The notes beneath the pieces were generated by a model. The model was not told the DNA's origin, ran no database searches, and saw only the letters and a program-made list of their open reading frames with translations. Shown here piece by piece: positions 25,801-46,481 of a stretch of DNA of 64,000 nucleotides (positions are counted from its first letter, which is position 1; each line of letters begins with the position of its first letter). This DNA comes from the human T2T-CHM13v2.0 reference genome, Homo sapiens, in NCBI RefSeq assembly GCF_009914755.1, contig NC_060935.1; one strand, given 5' to 3'. A program made the translations under genes and the position numbers.

Positions 25801-28240
25801 GATGGACTTCCCTTTGTAGGTGACCTGAAATAAAATAAAATATTTTAAATTTTTAAACAAAATAAAATATTAACATGACTTCCCTTAATATTTTTTCCTT
25901 CATTTCGACCTTGGAGAATCTGATAACTATGTGTCTTCGGGTTAATCCTCTCGTGGAGTATCTTCTTGTTCTCTGTATTTCCTGAATTTGAATGTTGGCC
26001 TGTCTTGCTAAGTTGGGGAAGTTCTGCTGGATAATATCCAGAAGTGTGTTTTCCAGCTTGTTCCATTCTCCTCATCTCCTTTATATACTCCAATCAATTG
26101 TAGGCTCTGTCTTTTTACACAGTGCCTGTTTCTCAGAGGCTTTGTTTATTCCTTTTCATTCTTTTTTCTCTAGTCTTGTCTGCATGCCTTATTTCAGCAA
26201 CATGGTTTTCAAACTCTGACATCCTTTCTAATATTGCCAGTGGGGTGTTAAGGCCTCCTACTATTATTGTGTGGGAGTCTACGTCTCTTTGTAGGTCTCT
26301 AAGAACTTGCTTTATGAATCTGAGTGCTCCTGTATTGGGTGCATAGAATCACTTGGTCGATTCAGCTATTGATACTTGTGTATGCTTTATGAAGTTCTTG
26401 TGTTGTGTGTTTCAGCTCCATCAGGTCATTTATGTTCCTCTCTAGATTGGTTATTCTACATAGCACCTCCTCTAACCTTTTACCAAGGTTCTTAGCTTCT
26501 TTGCATTGGGTTAGAACCTGTTCCTTTAGCTCAGTGGTGTTTGTTATTACTCATCTTCTGAAGCCTACTGCTGTCAATTTGTTCTCATCCTTTGTCCAGT
26601 TCTGTGCCCTTGCCGGAGAGGCGTTGCAATCATTTGGAGGAGAAAAGGTACTCTGGCCTTTTGGGTTTTCAGCATTTTTTCGTTGATTCTTTCTCATCTT
26701 CCTTAGTTTGTCTAGTTTCGATCTTTGAGACTGCTGACCCTTGGATGGGGTTTTTGTAGGGACTTTTTTGTTGTTGTTGATACTGTCGTTCTTGCTTTCT
26801 GTTTGTTTTTCTTTCAATGGTCAGGTCTCTCTTCTGTAGGGCTGCTGCAGTTGACTGGGGGTTCCCTTCAGGCCCTATTCATTTGGTTCACCCCCATGCC
26901 TGTAGCTGTCACACAAGGAGGCTGGAGAACAGAAAAGATGGGTGCCTGCTCATTCCTCTAAGATCTCTGACCTCCAGGAGCACCAAGCTGATGCCAGAAG
27001 GATTTCTCCTGCATAGGGTGTCTGACAACCCCTGCTGGAGGGTCTCACTCAGTTGGGTGGCACGGAGTACAGGGGCAATATAATGAAGCACTTTTACTGT
27101 CCCTTGGTGGAGGGGGTGTGCTTTGCTGGAGGGGAAACCCAGTCTTCTCGGCTGCCTGGATTTCTCAGAATTAAGAGGAGGAAAGGCTAAGTCTGCTGGT
27201 TTATAGAAACTGCAGCCACCCCTGTCCCTGGGGACCCAGGCCCAGGGAGATTAGAGTTCTGTCCCTGAGCCCCTGGCTGGAGTTATTGGAGTTCCTGCAG
27301 AGAGGCCTCGCCCAGTGAGGAGGGATGGGTCAGGGTAAGGCCTGAAGAGGTACTCTGGCTGCAGTCTGCCACAGCAGACTGTGTGTTGGGCTGTGGGGGA
27401 CACCTCTTGTGAACAAACCGTCCAGCCTCCCTGGCTCCAGCACGGGAAAAGCACAGCCTGGAGTTATAGAGATACCTGCCATCTTCCCCTGCCCAGGTAG
27501 CTTAGTGTGTTAGGCAGCTATTAGTCCCAGTGCTGGCTGCTGCCCGTCCTTCAAAGAGCTCAAAGGGCTTAGACAGCAGGCACCTGCAGCTGTGGTGCTG
27601 GTCGCCCCTCCCCCAGGGAACTCAACGGGCTTAAGCAGATTCTAGTTGAGAGGCTTTTGAGAATCTATGCAGCTCCATGGTTGGGACCCTAGTCCCCAGT
27701 GGCATGGGTTCACAAGTGGGATCTTCAAATCCATGGGTTGCAATAGTTCCGTGGAAAAAGCAGTTTCCCAGGCTGGGTAGCACGCTGACTGGCTGCCTCC
27801 CTTGGCTGGGGGCATGGAGGCTCCCCTATCCCCTGTGGCTCTCAGGTGGGCCGCCACACCACAGTGCTGTTCCTTCCACTCAGTGGAGCACACCAGCCGC
27901 CTAGTCAAGTCTGATGAGAGAACTTGGATACCTTGGTTGCAGGTGTAGGATTCACATGCTATTCACATGCAGGATTCACATGCTATCCTGCAGGTGCAGG
28001 ATATCACATGCAGGATTCACATATCCTGCAGGATATCACATGCAGGATTCCCATATCCTGCAGGTGCAGGATATCACATGCAGGATTCACATATCCTGCA
28101 AGATATCACATGCAGGATTCACATATCCTGCAGGTGCAGGATATCACATGCAGGATTCACATGCTAATATTCACGGTTCTTTTGGAGGGGAGCCTGCAAT
28201 CGCCGCTGCTTCTAGTCAGCCATCTTTGGCCCCGCCCCCC
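22808..28240 (-). mobile_element. L1PA (roughly PA8-PA10-like) with 5' UTR, ORF1 and 5' part of ORF2; 3' end missing; nested in an older L1
   Basis: 5' end GGGGCCAAAGATGGCTGACTAGAAGCAGC; ORF2 fragments [39 protein letters not shown]. Confidence 0.92.
27939..28165. repeat. Complex tandem repeat with a 70-bp higher-order unit inside the L1 5' UTR
   Basis: 27991-28060 and 28061-28130 differ at 2 nt; a partial third copy follows; built from TGCAGGATTCACA and ATATCCTGCA modules. Confidence 0.92.
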
Positions 28241-28242
28241 AC

Positions 28243-33600
<5,358 letters not shown>

Positions 33601-34923
33601 ACATCACTCTCTACATTTATATTCTATTCTATTTATATTATATTCTATAAAAAGAATATAACTTTTTCGGATCATTTGAATATTTATCTCTGTATATAGG
33701 TCTTGATTTATAATCAGAAAAAAACTCTTAGCTTTTAAAACATCCTACTATTTATATAAAATGAAGAACAAATTAGGAATGAAATGCATTTTCTTTTCTG
33801 TTTTTGTTTTTTTTTTTTACTTTATGAGCTACCCATAAAACCACCGCTATACAAGTAGCAACATTAGGTCACTTTTTGAGTTTTGTCTTTTGCCAAGTGA
33901 AGAAAAGATTTATCAGTGGCTGCAGCATCCCAGCACATATACACCCTATTCCTTCTGTTCTCATGTGTGGTTCCCTCTCTCCCCTGGCTTTCGCAATACT
34001 GTCCAAGCTTCTGTCAGTTTATATATATATATATATATATTTTTTTTTTCAGTTCCTCAATGGTATCTTCACAAAAACACGGGACTTTGGACACAGGCAA
34101 AGCAGAAATTTCCTACTTGACCTGTGTAACGCTGGTCATACCACATAACATCTATGAGCTGTAATTTCTGGATCTTTTAAATGAGGGACATAAAAATAAC
34201 ACATAGGGATATTGAAAGACTAAATGAGTAACCTCTCTAGTGCATAGAAGATGGTAATAAATGTTAACTTTCTCTACACTTGCTTCCCTTCGATATTTTA
34301 AGATTTCATTTCCCTTTTTAAGACTACCTATACTCATATTTCTTCTTGCAAAATACCAACTTTTACTTTTCTCCATTTTCTGCATCTTTAAGTTTGATCA
34401 TTTATTTCCCTTCATTTCAAGGTATGAAAACAATAACAACCTTTTCTTTGATCGTCCTAAATTCTTTATATCACGTCTGCATTGATTGGTGTTCACTTTT
34501 TATTCTTTTTAAATAAATGTTTTCTATTACCCGTTCATAAATATTTGAATGCTCAAAGCCATCTTTGGAGAGAAAGAGAATCACTGTTTTGTATTTTGTC
34601 TTTCTATCAAATATGTCTAGTAATATAAACAAGTTTTAAAAAATATTTAATTAGTTCATGCTGAAATCATACCACTGTGATAATTTTCAGTAATCTTATT
34701 TTTAAAATGTCTTACTCTTTTTAATGCCCTTTTAAGGTCTGTAATTATTTTATCTTTTATAGCTATGAATTATAAAATCAGTACATTGATATTATAAAAA
34801 GTAGTGAAGTATAAAAATGTTAGAAATGCTAAATAAAAGCCACTTTCCTCAGTTCATAATGCCACTCATCTCCCTTCTTACTATAAACCTAATTGTACCT
34901 GTTGGAGGTAATCAATGTTAATG

Positions 34924-35003
34924 TAGGTTGGTGCAAAAGTTATTGCGATTTTTGCTATTGAAAATGATGGCAAGAATCACAATGACTTTTCATGTCCCTT
35001 AAT
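34924..35003. mobile_element. MADE1 (Hsmar1-derived MITE)
   Basis: TAGGTTGGTGCAAAAGTTATTGCG..AATGATGGCAAGAATCACAATGACTTTT, an approximately 80-bp degenerate palindrome. Confidence 0.8.
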
Positions 35004-35262
35004 TATCTTCTCCTCCCATTAAGTATTATTGCCTTTAAAGGAACATCCTGCGTTTCTGGTTTTTTTTTTTTTTTTGGTAATTTGTTGCAAAGACATACTG
35101 ATCTTCAAAAACATCTTGAAAAGATTAATGAACTAGCTTAATATTTTTGAAGACAGGCAAAGGAAAATGAAGGAGCCAAATATGGTTAATTAATTTTTAC
35201 TTTGGAAGGCAAGCATGACAGCTCCTAGAACAGAAACTCCAGGTCCAAGATTCGATACTTAG

Positions 35263-35692
<430 letters not shown>

Positions 35693-36929
35693 AAAATATT
35701 CTTTATATTATCACTAATATTGCAGAAATCAAGATTTGGCTGAAATTGTCACTGTTGTACCAGACTCCAGTTTTATATTATTCCAGTTGCTTCTTAAAGT
35801 CCAATCTCTTAAACTGTCACTCTTCTCCACCTCCTACCCTCTTCCTCAGTTACCACACCTTCCATAAAATCACAGTTGATTCTCATACCTATGGCTTTCT
35901 CTTTCTCTTATAAGGTTCCAGTACAACTTGCTCTTAAGTTTATGTGTTTAATGAGGCTTAATGTATTATTTATTCCAAAGCACTTGCATTTTACAGAAAA
36001 CAAAGGCTGAACTCAGTGGAGTGAATCTCTAGTTGTAGAAATAAGACTTCAGAAGGCAAGTGAAGAGAGGATTATTGGAATTATAGAAGAATCTTTTGAG
36101 AGCCTCAGCATCCCACCAGCTCCACTTAATTGAATACTAGAACCCATGTATCTTCTTAGTGCTATAAAACAATCATAGTTCCTGGGAGAAACCAGAAGCT
36201 ACCTCCTGTTTTTCTAAATATCTATTTCTACTTATTGGTCAATTTGGCATAAAGATTCAGGGATTTTTGGAAGTGGAGTAGACCATAAATACTTCTCCTT
36301 TGCTTTTGCAACTAACTCAGGAGAAGATTATAAAATGAATTGAGTGCAAAGGAAGTGAACTATAATACAGCCAACTCAAACAATGTAAGAAGATGGTTAT
36401 ATTCCTCAGATTTAATTAGTATAAAATAACAATGCTCTTCTGAATTTATGCATTCTCTTTCTATTCAGGATGTTAAAGCACATCACAGATTACTAAATAG
36501 CCCTCTGATCACCTGAATATACAGGATTAACCTATGGATTTAATCAAGTAGGGCTAGATTAAAACCATTAATGTCAAATATTATACCATCAAAAGTATTT
36601 ATTTAGAAAATCAAATGCTACCTTTTGTTATGCTATTTTCAGACCAAAGCTAAATATGCAGCTAATAAAATATATGCTTTTTTGTTGTTAATAGATTGAC
36701 TGCAGGATCCCTGTACCATCATTTTCTCCAAATGAGGGACTTAGATTAATATTCTATTGATCAAAATTGCTTTTCAAATATAATCCATGTACATGGGATT
36801 ATAAAATATAGGCATAGAAAAATAGTTTAAATCAGTCAGACCTTTTTTTTTTGGTTAGGAACTTTTAACGTAATTCTGTTTCTGTACATAGCCAGAAACC
36901 TTAAACTAGTTCTTACTTATTTCTTTTAT

Positions 36930-37800
36930 CTCCTTCACAGTATCGTGACTAACTGTTGTGAATTTTGCTTCTGTAACATTTTTATTATCCATTTTTTGCT
37001 CACCATCCTTGCTTCTCCTTCCTTAGTTCAACTAGTTGTCATTTTTAGCTTGGACTGTTGCAGCAGGCTTCCTGCTGGTTGGTCTTCCTGTCTCTAATCT
37101 AAACTCTTCCTATATCCCTTTCACAGGACTATTGGAAGGATCTTTTTAAATAGTAAACGTGCTTGTCATGTGCTTGAGCCTGTTTAATGGGTTTCTATTG
37201 TATTTATTGGGTATAAATTCTAAATTCTTTAGCCTGGCCTGTGAGGCCCTCATTGCTTAAAACCACTTTTCCATTCTCTTCTTGGCTAAAATTGTCTCTT
37301 GCTGCCCCTCTTTCCAAATCACCCTGCACTCCAACCTACAGAACCACTTTTGCTTGTCCCCCAGGGAACTTTGCTCTTTTATACCCCTGTCTCTTTCTCC
37401 ACAGTGCTTCCTGTGTCTGGAATGCCATTCTTAATTTGTCTCCTTGGCGAATATCTCTTTATCTTTGAAAATTACAGTTAAGGATCGCTTTCTCCATAAA
37501 GCATTTTTTTCAATATTGTATTTAGAATTGAATTTTGTGCTTATTCTTCTCACAGTTTGTTTGGACATGTCAATTATTCCTCCAATCAGATTCTTCTGAA
37601 GAATTAAGCAATCCATTTTGTGAATATTCTTCTGTTACAGTGCTTAGGATATGTCATTTCTCCCATTATCAGAGTATAAGCTCCTTATGAACAGGGGCTG
37701 TAGCTTCCTCATTTTTGTATGTCCAAATATTTAAATAAATTTGAAATATTTTATTCACCAAATATCTTAGCATCTTACTGTATGTGCTCAAAATTATTTT
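36930..37800 (+). mobile_element. L2 3' region
   Basis: Degenerate L2 motifs such as TCTGGAATGCCATTC and AGAGTATAAGCTCCTTATGAACAGGG. Confidence 0.6.
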
Positions 37801-38081
37801 TTGTTATTGGAATTGTATTTTTAACATATTTCAAGTTTGCAGCACTTATTTTAATTTACACTTATAACCAAAGACTATACATTTTCTAAACATTTCAAAA
37901 CAGAACAGGTGGATCATGGCATTCCTAAATAAATATTTAACTGGGGAGAAAAATATGGGCTAATACAATCAAAATTTGGTTACAAGTCCATCTTACAGGT
38001 CATGAAAGTAATTTAAAATAGTATTTTCTATTTTTACTATTCATCAAATCACCTGGAACACTTTTGAAAAACTAAAGATTC

Positions 38082-38538
<457 letters not shown>

Positions 38539-39849
38539 TAATTTTGATGCACAGTCAGGATCAGAAATCACATCTTCCAAAATTAAATTACAAATAATTT
38601 TATTTGACAATAATTAAAACATCAATGTATTATTTTTAACATCCCTTTATCAGGCATATAGCTAAACAACTACAAAGACAGAATTTGAAACCGAGAATTG
38701 CTCTTTCCTAGGCCTACCATTTTTCTTCTTTATTTTGCTACCCTCAGAAAAGGATATGCTGCTCGAAGGTGCCAAAAGTGGCATGGTACTATTGTATCAG
38801 GAAATGTTCCTAAAAATATTTTAATGAAAATTAAATATGCAAAATTATTCCAAAAATGTATATTCTTGTTGCTTGACAATCCAACTTTAACTAATTTTGT
38901 CATATTACAGCAGCATGACAGCTGCCTGGTCTCATGATTAAAGGGTAACTTTTAAGAAATATATAGAAACATCAGAACAGAAGTACTCTTAGAGTTTGAA
39001 AAACCTGGAATTAGGCTAATTAAATCATTTCAGCATGGTGAAATTTTTTTAATCAAAAATTAAAATGTTATTAAAATCAAATTTTATAAATATTAAATTA
39101 AATTTATTAAAATTAAATTAAACTAAAATTAAAACTTTAATTCCAATTAAAAATTTTTAAATTAAAGAATGAACTCCTTTTGGGTTTCCTCCTCTGATTT
39201 TAAAATCCATGTATCATGCACGGAGCACTCTAACAAAAAAAGAAAAAGTCCTATCTACATTTGGCTAATGTAAGTACTCCATGTAGGTTCTGGACTTTTC
39301 TCCCTTGTTGATCCATTCCCATCTCTAGAGTCCAGAGCATACATCCCTATACTTCTTTCATGGGCCTGATCACTGAAGGCCTCAAAGTACACCTAACTTT
39401 CCTTAATACCTGGTTACCACTGGTTACCAATTACAGTGCAAATAAGCTATTATGGAATAGGGTGGATCAAAGGGTTGGACCAGGCATCTTAACCAAGAAA
39501 AGAGGTAATGTCAAATGACTCATCTCATAAGAGGATTGGCTTTTTAATAAATGTATTTGTTTAGTTTGTTCATGTCTATGTCCATAGTTTCTAGAAATTC
39601 AGACAAGTAGATTACTGGAAAAGGGAAGGCTCTTTTCAATTCTGCAAAAGCTTGGAGTTTATTTTCACAGTGAAGGCTGTATTGTGGGGCTATGACTAAA
39701 AGATAAAAAGTTCTAAAACCCATGTAGAACTGCCTAATATGCCCCCTCACAATAACCATGTCCTTTTCCTGCCTTTGCTGTTCTTTTTCTCCCTAACTGG
39801 TTTTTGCATAACACCCCAAACAAGGCATTACTGGGAAGATGATGAAGTC

Positions 39850-40370
39850 TTAGCTGAGAATGAATTCCAAAACGCTTACCATGGCCTACTGTGCACTGAA
39901 AAAGTGTTTCCCTGTGAGATCTCAGTGACTCATCTCTTACTACTTCACTGTCTTATTGCTGCCACTCCTTTCTCTCTAACTTCCCTGCCCTTCATGAAAT
40001 ACATCAAGTCTGTGCCAGACTCAGAACATTGGCATTCCCATTTCTGTGTCTCAAAGGTACTTAGCTGAGATTTCTGCTTGGCTCCCTCCCTCATTGCATG
40101 CACTTCTCTGCTCAGATGCTACCCTCTGAATACTTTATTCAGGCTTTTAAGAGGCTTTTCAGAATACTCTATAAAATAGTACTCTCTGTGTCTACCAAAA
40201 CTCTCTATCCGCTCTGCCTGCTTTATTTTCCCTCAGAGCACTTTTCACCTCCTGACCAATTACGTATTTATTTGCCATTTATCTCTACCCACTGAACTTT
40301 GAGTTCTATGAAAGTAGAGATTATGTCTTTTTGATTCAGGTATGTTTGGTTTCTAAAACACTAACTGATG
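39850..40370 (+). mobile_element. L2 fragment
   Basis: TTGGCTCCCTCCCTCAT..TCTGCTCAGATG..CTGCTTTATTTTCCCTCAGAGCACTT. Confidence 0.55.
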
Positions 40371-40950
40371 CACTAGAAATTTATAATGAATATATTAATT
40401 AATATATATGAATAAGAGAATTTCAGCTTACTAAATGCATCAGTGGCTGATTTTTTAAAGTATAGGTTCTCCAACATGTTATCATGTGTGTGTATCAGGT
40501 AGGGCCCGGAATAGTTATCCCTGACGCCCTTTATCCTCTTCCCCAACAAGCACGTACTCATTCCACTTTACACAATCACACACAAATGTACACACTCACA
40601 GCTTGTATGTACTGCCAAAGTGATTGCTGCCAGACACCATACAGTTGGATATATTTAAATCATTATTTATTTTTGTAGTCTGTAGTTTGAGATTTAACAA
40701 TTCATTCTGCTCGAACTGATTTTGTAGCTCATCAGTGATGTTGCCAGTCAGCCATAGCATTTGGGCCTTGGATGATGCAGGTTTGCAAATACCCCAGAAA
40801 GTCTTGCAACAGCATTATGGCATCTTTTGTAATTTATAACTTTTTTCCCAGTGTTATTGTAACCCCCCTAATGCATCAGTTGCAGATATTGCCATCCTAA
40901 GTTTGCAGAGTGGCTCTATGTGCTAGATATTAAGACAAAAATTTGAATAG

Positions 40951-41245
40951 GGCTGGGCGTGGTGGCTCATGTCTGTAATCCTAGCACTTTGGGAGGCTGG
41001 GGCGGATGAGGAATTGGAGACCAGACTGGGCAACATGCCCAAAAGCCATCTCTGAAAAAAAAAAAAAAAAAAAAGAAAATGAGCCAGGCATCATGGTGGT
41101 GTGTACCTGTAGTTATAGCTACTTGGGAAGCTGAGGTGGGAGGATTACCTGAGCCAAGGAAGTTTAGGATGCAGTGAGTTGTGATCATGCCATTGCACTC
41201 CAGCCTGGGTGTTAGAGTGAGACTTTGTCTCGAAAATAAATAAAT
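40951..41245 (+). mobile_element. AluJ-like
   Basis: GGCTGGGCGTGGTGGCTCATG..GGAGGATTACCTGAGCC. Confidence 0.9.
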
Positions 41246-42384
41246 AGTTAAAAATGAAATGGTTTATGTGACAAGGCACGATGTATGTGGTGCTAGACAG
41301 CCATGATAGTCAATCCTGACTTTGCTACTTGCTCAGTCGTGTTGTCTCACTACTAAGGTGCCTGACATTCCACAACTTAGTTTCTTCTTCTGTAAAATGG
41401 GAATCATTATACCTACTTAACAAAATTGTTGTTAAGGAATAATAATATACGTAAAGCACTGTTTGGCACAAGCCAAATGGCAATTATTGAACTAGAACTA
41501 ACTTTCAGTCCCCACAAAGGCACTCAACTCAGTGCTAGAGGCATAGTGGGTGCTCAAGTACTATTTTTTGGGCAATTGAATCTATCCTATTGTACTCCTT
41601 GGAGACCCTGCTATGATTATCTCACTTAATAAATAAGACATGAAAAAGAACCTGTTACAGTAGGAATCACCTGGTGTTCATGAATTCACAGTAATCTTAT
41701 CCTAAAATTTGAAAATTATAGTTTGTGTATAGCTAAAACAAAGACCAAAAACCTGCACTAGGAAGAGAATGAGAGTACTGTACTCAGTGTAATCTTTCTG
41801 TCTCCAGATAACACTTTAACTCTTAGGAAGGGGCAGATTTGAATCACAGCTAAGATGAGTCATCACAATCATTTTGCTGAAAGAACTGTCAGAGAAGGGG
41901 AACAACTTTTAATATGTCCAGATGCATACCTTTTAATTTTTCCTGCCAACAGGGAAGGTTATTGGAAATGATAATCTAAACAATTTTTTATTGAATTATG
42001 TGGTTATGAGGTAATATTCATATGCACATACATATACCCACAAGTACTTCTGTCTATAGCGAATACTTTCCCAACTATATTTACTTGGAATATTGTGAAA
42101 TGTATGCCCTTTTCTTGAGTCTATGTAAATATTGGTCAGAGTATATAGGAGAGGGGAAAAGATGGCAGAAGAGGAAAAGTATTATCAGAAAAATCAATTG
42201 TGACTTACAGATTCAACAGATTTGACTTATGCATCTGTTTTAAATAACCACAAAAACAATTTTGTTTTTTACAAATACAAATACATACGGTCTTTTATCA
42301 TAGTTTAGAAATTTCTTTATCAGTAGGGCAGAATTCAAACTTTCACTTTGCCTTCCAGTGTTGTAAAAAAAAACACAATTTTTT

Positions 42385-42712
<328 letters not shown>

Positions 42713-43087
42713 AAAAACTGTAATTTTGAGCTCAAATCTCAGCTCAGCCATTGATTAGCTGAATGACTTTTAGGGACTTTTTCTCATTTCTTGATTTACA
42801 AAATGAAAATGAAGATAGCTACCAGAAAAGACTCGTTATTACAGATTACAAGTGTATCTACACACACATATACGTGTACACACATTTACGTTCACATATA
42901 TTATATCAATTTCATTCATGTATGTATATATAAAGCCTTACATACTAAGTTTCAATAAATGTTTCTATTTAATGTAAAATGTAACCACTGTATAACATAC
43001 ATTATAGATGTTTCTTCAAATAGTGTAAATACCAGCCTTTTCCAAAAGAGAGGAATAATGTTCACTATGTATTCTCTTTTATTACAG

Positions 43088-43124
43088 GCTTATGAAAAAA
43101 TTGCTTACCTCCTCACCAATTTAG
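43088..43124 (+). CDS. ANO3: Anoctamin-3 coding exon (~exon 18, 37 nt)
   Basis: tattacag|AYEKIAYLLTNL(E)|gtaagt; phases match the flanking exons. Confidence 0.95.
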
Positions 43125-43485
43125 GTAAGTCCATTTTTCTTACTTCACTCCTTAGTCAGAAAATAACATATGGGCATTTCAGTCTGTAGTTACTTTATAT
43201 AATGTAGCATTTTAATAACTGCAATTATTTAAGTATTTACCAATTAAAAAGGAGAGGGGTAGTATAGGAAGTTGGTCTATATTGAATAACAATAGAGAGA
43301 CAATGCATGTAGTTACAAAATATTTTTACTAGAAATCAGCACACCTAGTTCTTCCTACTTAGGAGTGCTTGCTTCTCCAACTTTTCAGTTCTTTGGGTTT
43401 TTCCTCAATATTTATTTTTTATCAAAGTGTTATACTACATGTACACTTTTTAAAAGCCAAAACAATATTAAGAGATTTACAATGA

Positions 43486-43849
<364 letters not shown>

Positions 43850-44877
43850 TACTTTTAACATTTTTATCTGTTTATTTTGTTATTTCCCACCATGTTTCCA
43901 CGTGATATCGTTCTATTGCCATTATTGGATTTTATCTTTTGATAGCTATTGCCTTCCCATTATACAAGTATGAATTATTAAGACTTAGCTCTTAATGTTC
44001 CCTGCAGTGCCCTGTCCCCCGACACTCCATCTTTCATTATCTGATAAACACAGTTATTTCTCCTCCTTCCAAGGTGGATATATCAGCATTTTTAGCCAAA
44101 TTAATCGTTAGTCTTCACATCATTATGTCTCTATAACTATTTTCATACCTACGGCACGGTATATTCTATAATTGTGTATACTTTTTATACCACTTCTGTA
44201 TTTTTTAAGCTAATAATGGCCGCTTTTTTGCTTATTTTTTTACATACTTTTCTTAATTTATCCCAAAGGTTTTGCCAAGACTCTAAATTTTCTCTGAATA
44301 TATTCAAACACATCAAGTATTATACAAACTTGATTTTCTTCTTAGAGTTACCCTCTCAAGCTGTCTCCTCCAAACTAGATGGGTTATTTTCTAGGCTTGT
44401 AGCCAACTGCATCTAGACTTACTTTCATAAACACTCTGGGAATTCCTTTTATATTTTTCTAGAATTTGGATACTACTTACTAAATCCTATGTCTTATTCC
44501 TTCTTGGCTCAGTTCCTTATTTTGCTACTTGTAAGTAAGTTTCTTAAAACTTTGTATATCTGAAAATGTCTCTATTCTAGCCTCAAACTTGATATCCATG
44601 TTCCTGGGTATGAAACCCTATGTTAGAAATACTGCCCCTTTGAATTTTGAAGGAGTTTCATTTTCTTCTGGATTCCAGCATTGTTACTGAGAGCTCTGCT
44701 ACCATTCTGATTCCCAGTCCTTTGCACAGGACCTGTTTTGATTTTTGTTATTTGTTTATACTCTAGAATAATTTTGAATCTTTTCTCATTTTGAGATTTC
44801 ACAATGATGTACTTTGGTGAAAACCTTTTATCATTTATTATGCTGGATACTTAGTGCATCCCATCAATATTGATATC

Positions 44878-45282
44878 CATTGTGTCCTGGGGAAGCAGAC
44901 ACTGAGATGGAGTTAGTAATGCAAGAGATTTCTTAGAGGAAAACTCCTGAGGAAAGGAGCAGGACTGGATAAGGAGAGCCTCAGACAACAATGCAGATCT
45001 GATGGTTTTAACCAATCCAATGGAGAGCTCTAGAACAAATATTTCAAGTAAAGATTTAGAGGACTCTAACATTGGGTATAATTGAGTATAATTGGCCAAG
45101 ACCTAGTACCCCTGTCATTCTGAGTCACTGGTTGGTTGTTGCCTGGGAAGAGCAAGACCTTGGCATGAAAGCTGAGGTATAGGATGAGGCTGGAAACAGC
45201 TGGAGGCTGACTGTACTCCTTGCAGCTGAACAGCAAGTTCTTACTGAGGGGAAATCCTAGTGGCAAACCTCCACTGCTGCCA
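44878..45282. mobile_element. Old ERVL-type solo LTR (LTR16/LTR33-like)
   Basis: GGAAGCAGACACTGAGATGGAG..TGCAAGAGATTT motif; purine-rich block embedded in old L1 sequence. Confidence 0.5.
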
Positions 45283-46436
45283 TAATCTGAAAACTCAGAA
45301 ACTTCGCTTCCAGGAGATTTTTGTATATTCTTTGTTCAATAATTTACTCCTTTAAAAAATCTTTCTGGAACTCTTTACATTCGGATGTTTCTTATCATAT
45401 TCAATAGTTTTTTTTTTCTTTCTTCCTTTTCTATGATTTTTGTTGGGATTTCTTCAAGAGAACCTCAACCTTATCTTCCAAGTATTCTCCTGAATGTTTT
45501 ATATTGACTCATGCTTCACATTTTCTAGAATTATTTCCTGTTCTCTGAATGTCCTTTTTCTATGTCATCCAGTTCCAGCTTCACAGATGCAGTGTCTTAA
45601 GTAGGCAATATAATGTAATTGTTAAGAATATCAGCTCTAGAGTGAGAATGCCTGAGTTGAAATCTTTGCACCATAACTTACTACATTATCATAGTTGTGC
45701 AGTAATAATTATTTTATTCTCTCGGTTTCTTAAATTCTTTTATATATATATATATACAAGGAGATAGAGTCTGTGCTCTGGAGCTAACATTGGAGAAACA
45801 ATGTTTTGAAAGGGGAAGACACCAGGCTTTGGAGTTGGATATAGCAATGAACATTTGGATTGCCGCATCATGACTGTATAACTATCATTAAGCTTTTTCC
45901 TCTCCCTGTTCTCTCTTCTTCTTCTCCCCTCCTTCTCCTCCTCTTCCCCCTCATTCTCCTCCCTCTGCTTGTCCTTCTTCTTTACTTTTGGGTCTTCATT
46001 TCCTCACTGTTAAAATGACAATAATAATAGTTCCTATTTCACTATTGTTGTAGATTGGCTGCCTGACACATGACAAGTGTACAATAAATAGCAATGGTCC
46101 AGTTCATTGTTCTTTAAACCCTCTGAGCTGCATTTTCTTCAGTTGGGTAATGAAGCACTAGCTCTGTTCCTTACATTCATTTGCTTTTGAAGTACCCTAT
46201 ACCCAGGATTGAAGCAAATCTAAGGAGAATGACTTGGGAAAATCATACTTAATAGTAGGAAACAGAACAGTTATTTGTGCTAAGTAACAAGAAATGTCAA
46301 GGTTTTCACTTGATATTTGATTTTTTCCTCTATAATCCAGTGATGATTTATGTCTGTTGATTCATCATTTAACTAATAATGGCTATATTAGTTTAAATGG
46401 ATAAAAATATTGATAGTTTGATTAAAATAATAGAAT

Positions 46437-46440
<4 letters not shown>

Positions 46441-46478
<38 letters not shown>
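46441..46478. repeat. (TG)n microsatellite
   Basis: About 19 TG units. Confidence 0.97.

Positions 46479-46481
<3 letters not shown>

Noticed and set aside
39040-39170. AT-rich quasi-repeat (AAATT/TTAAA)
   Set aside because: Simple low-complexity sequence with no defined unit.
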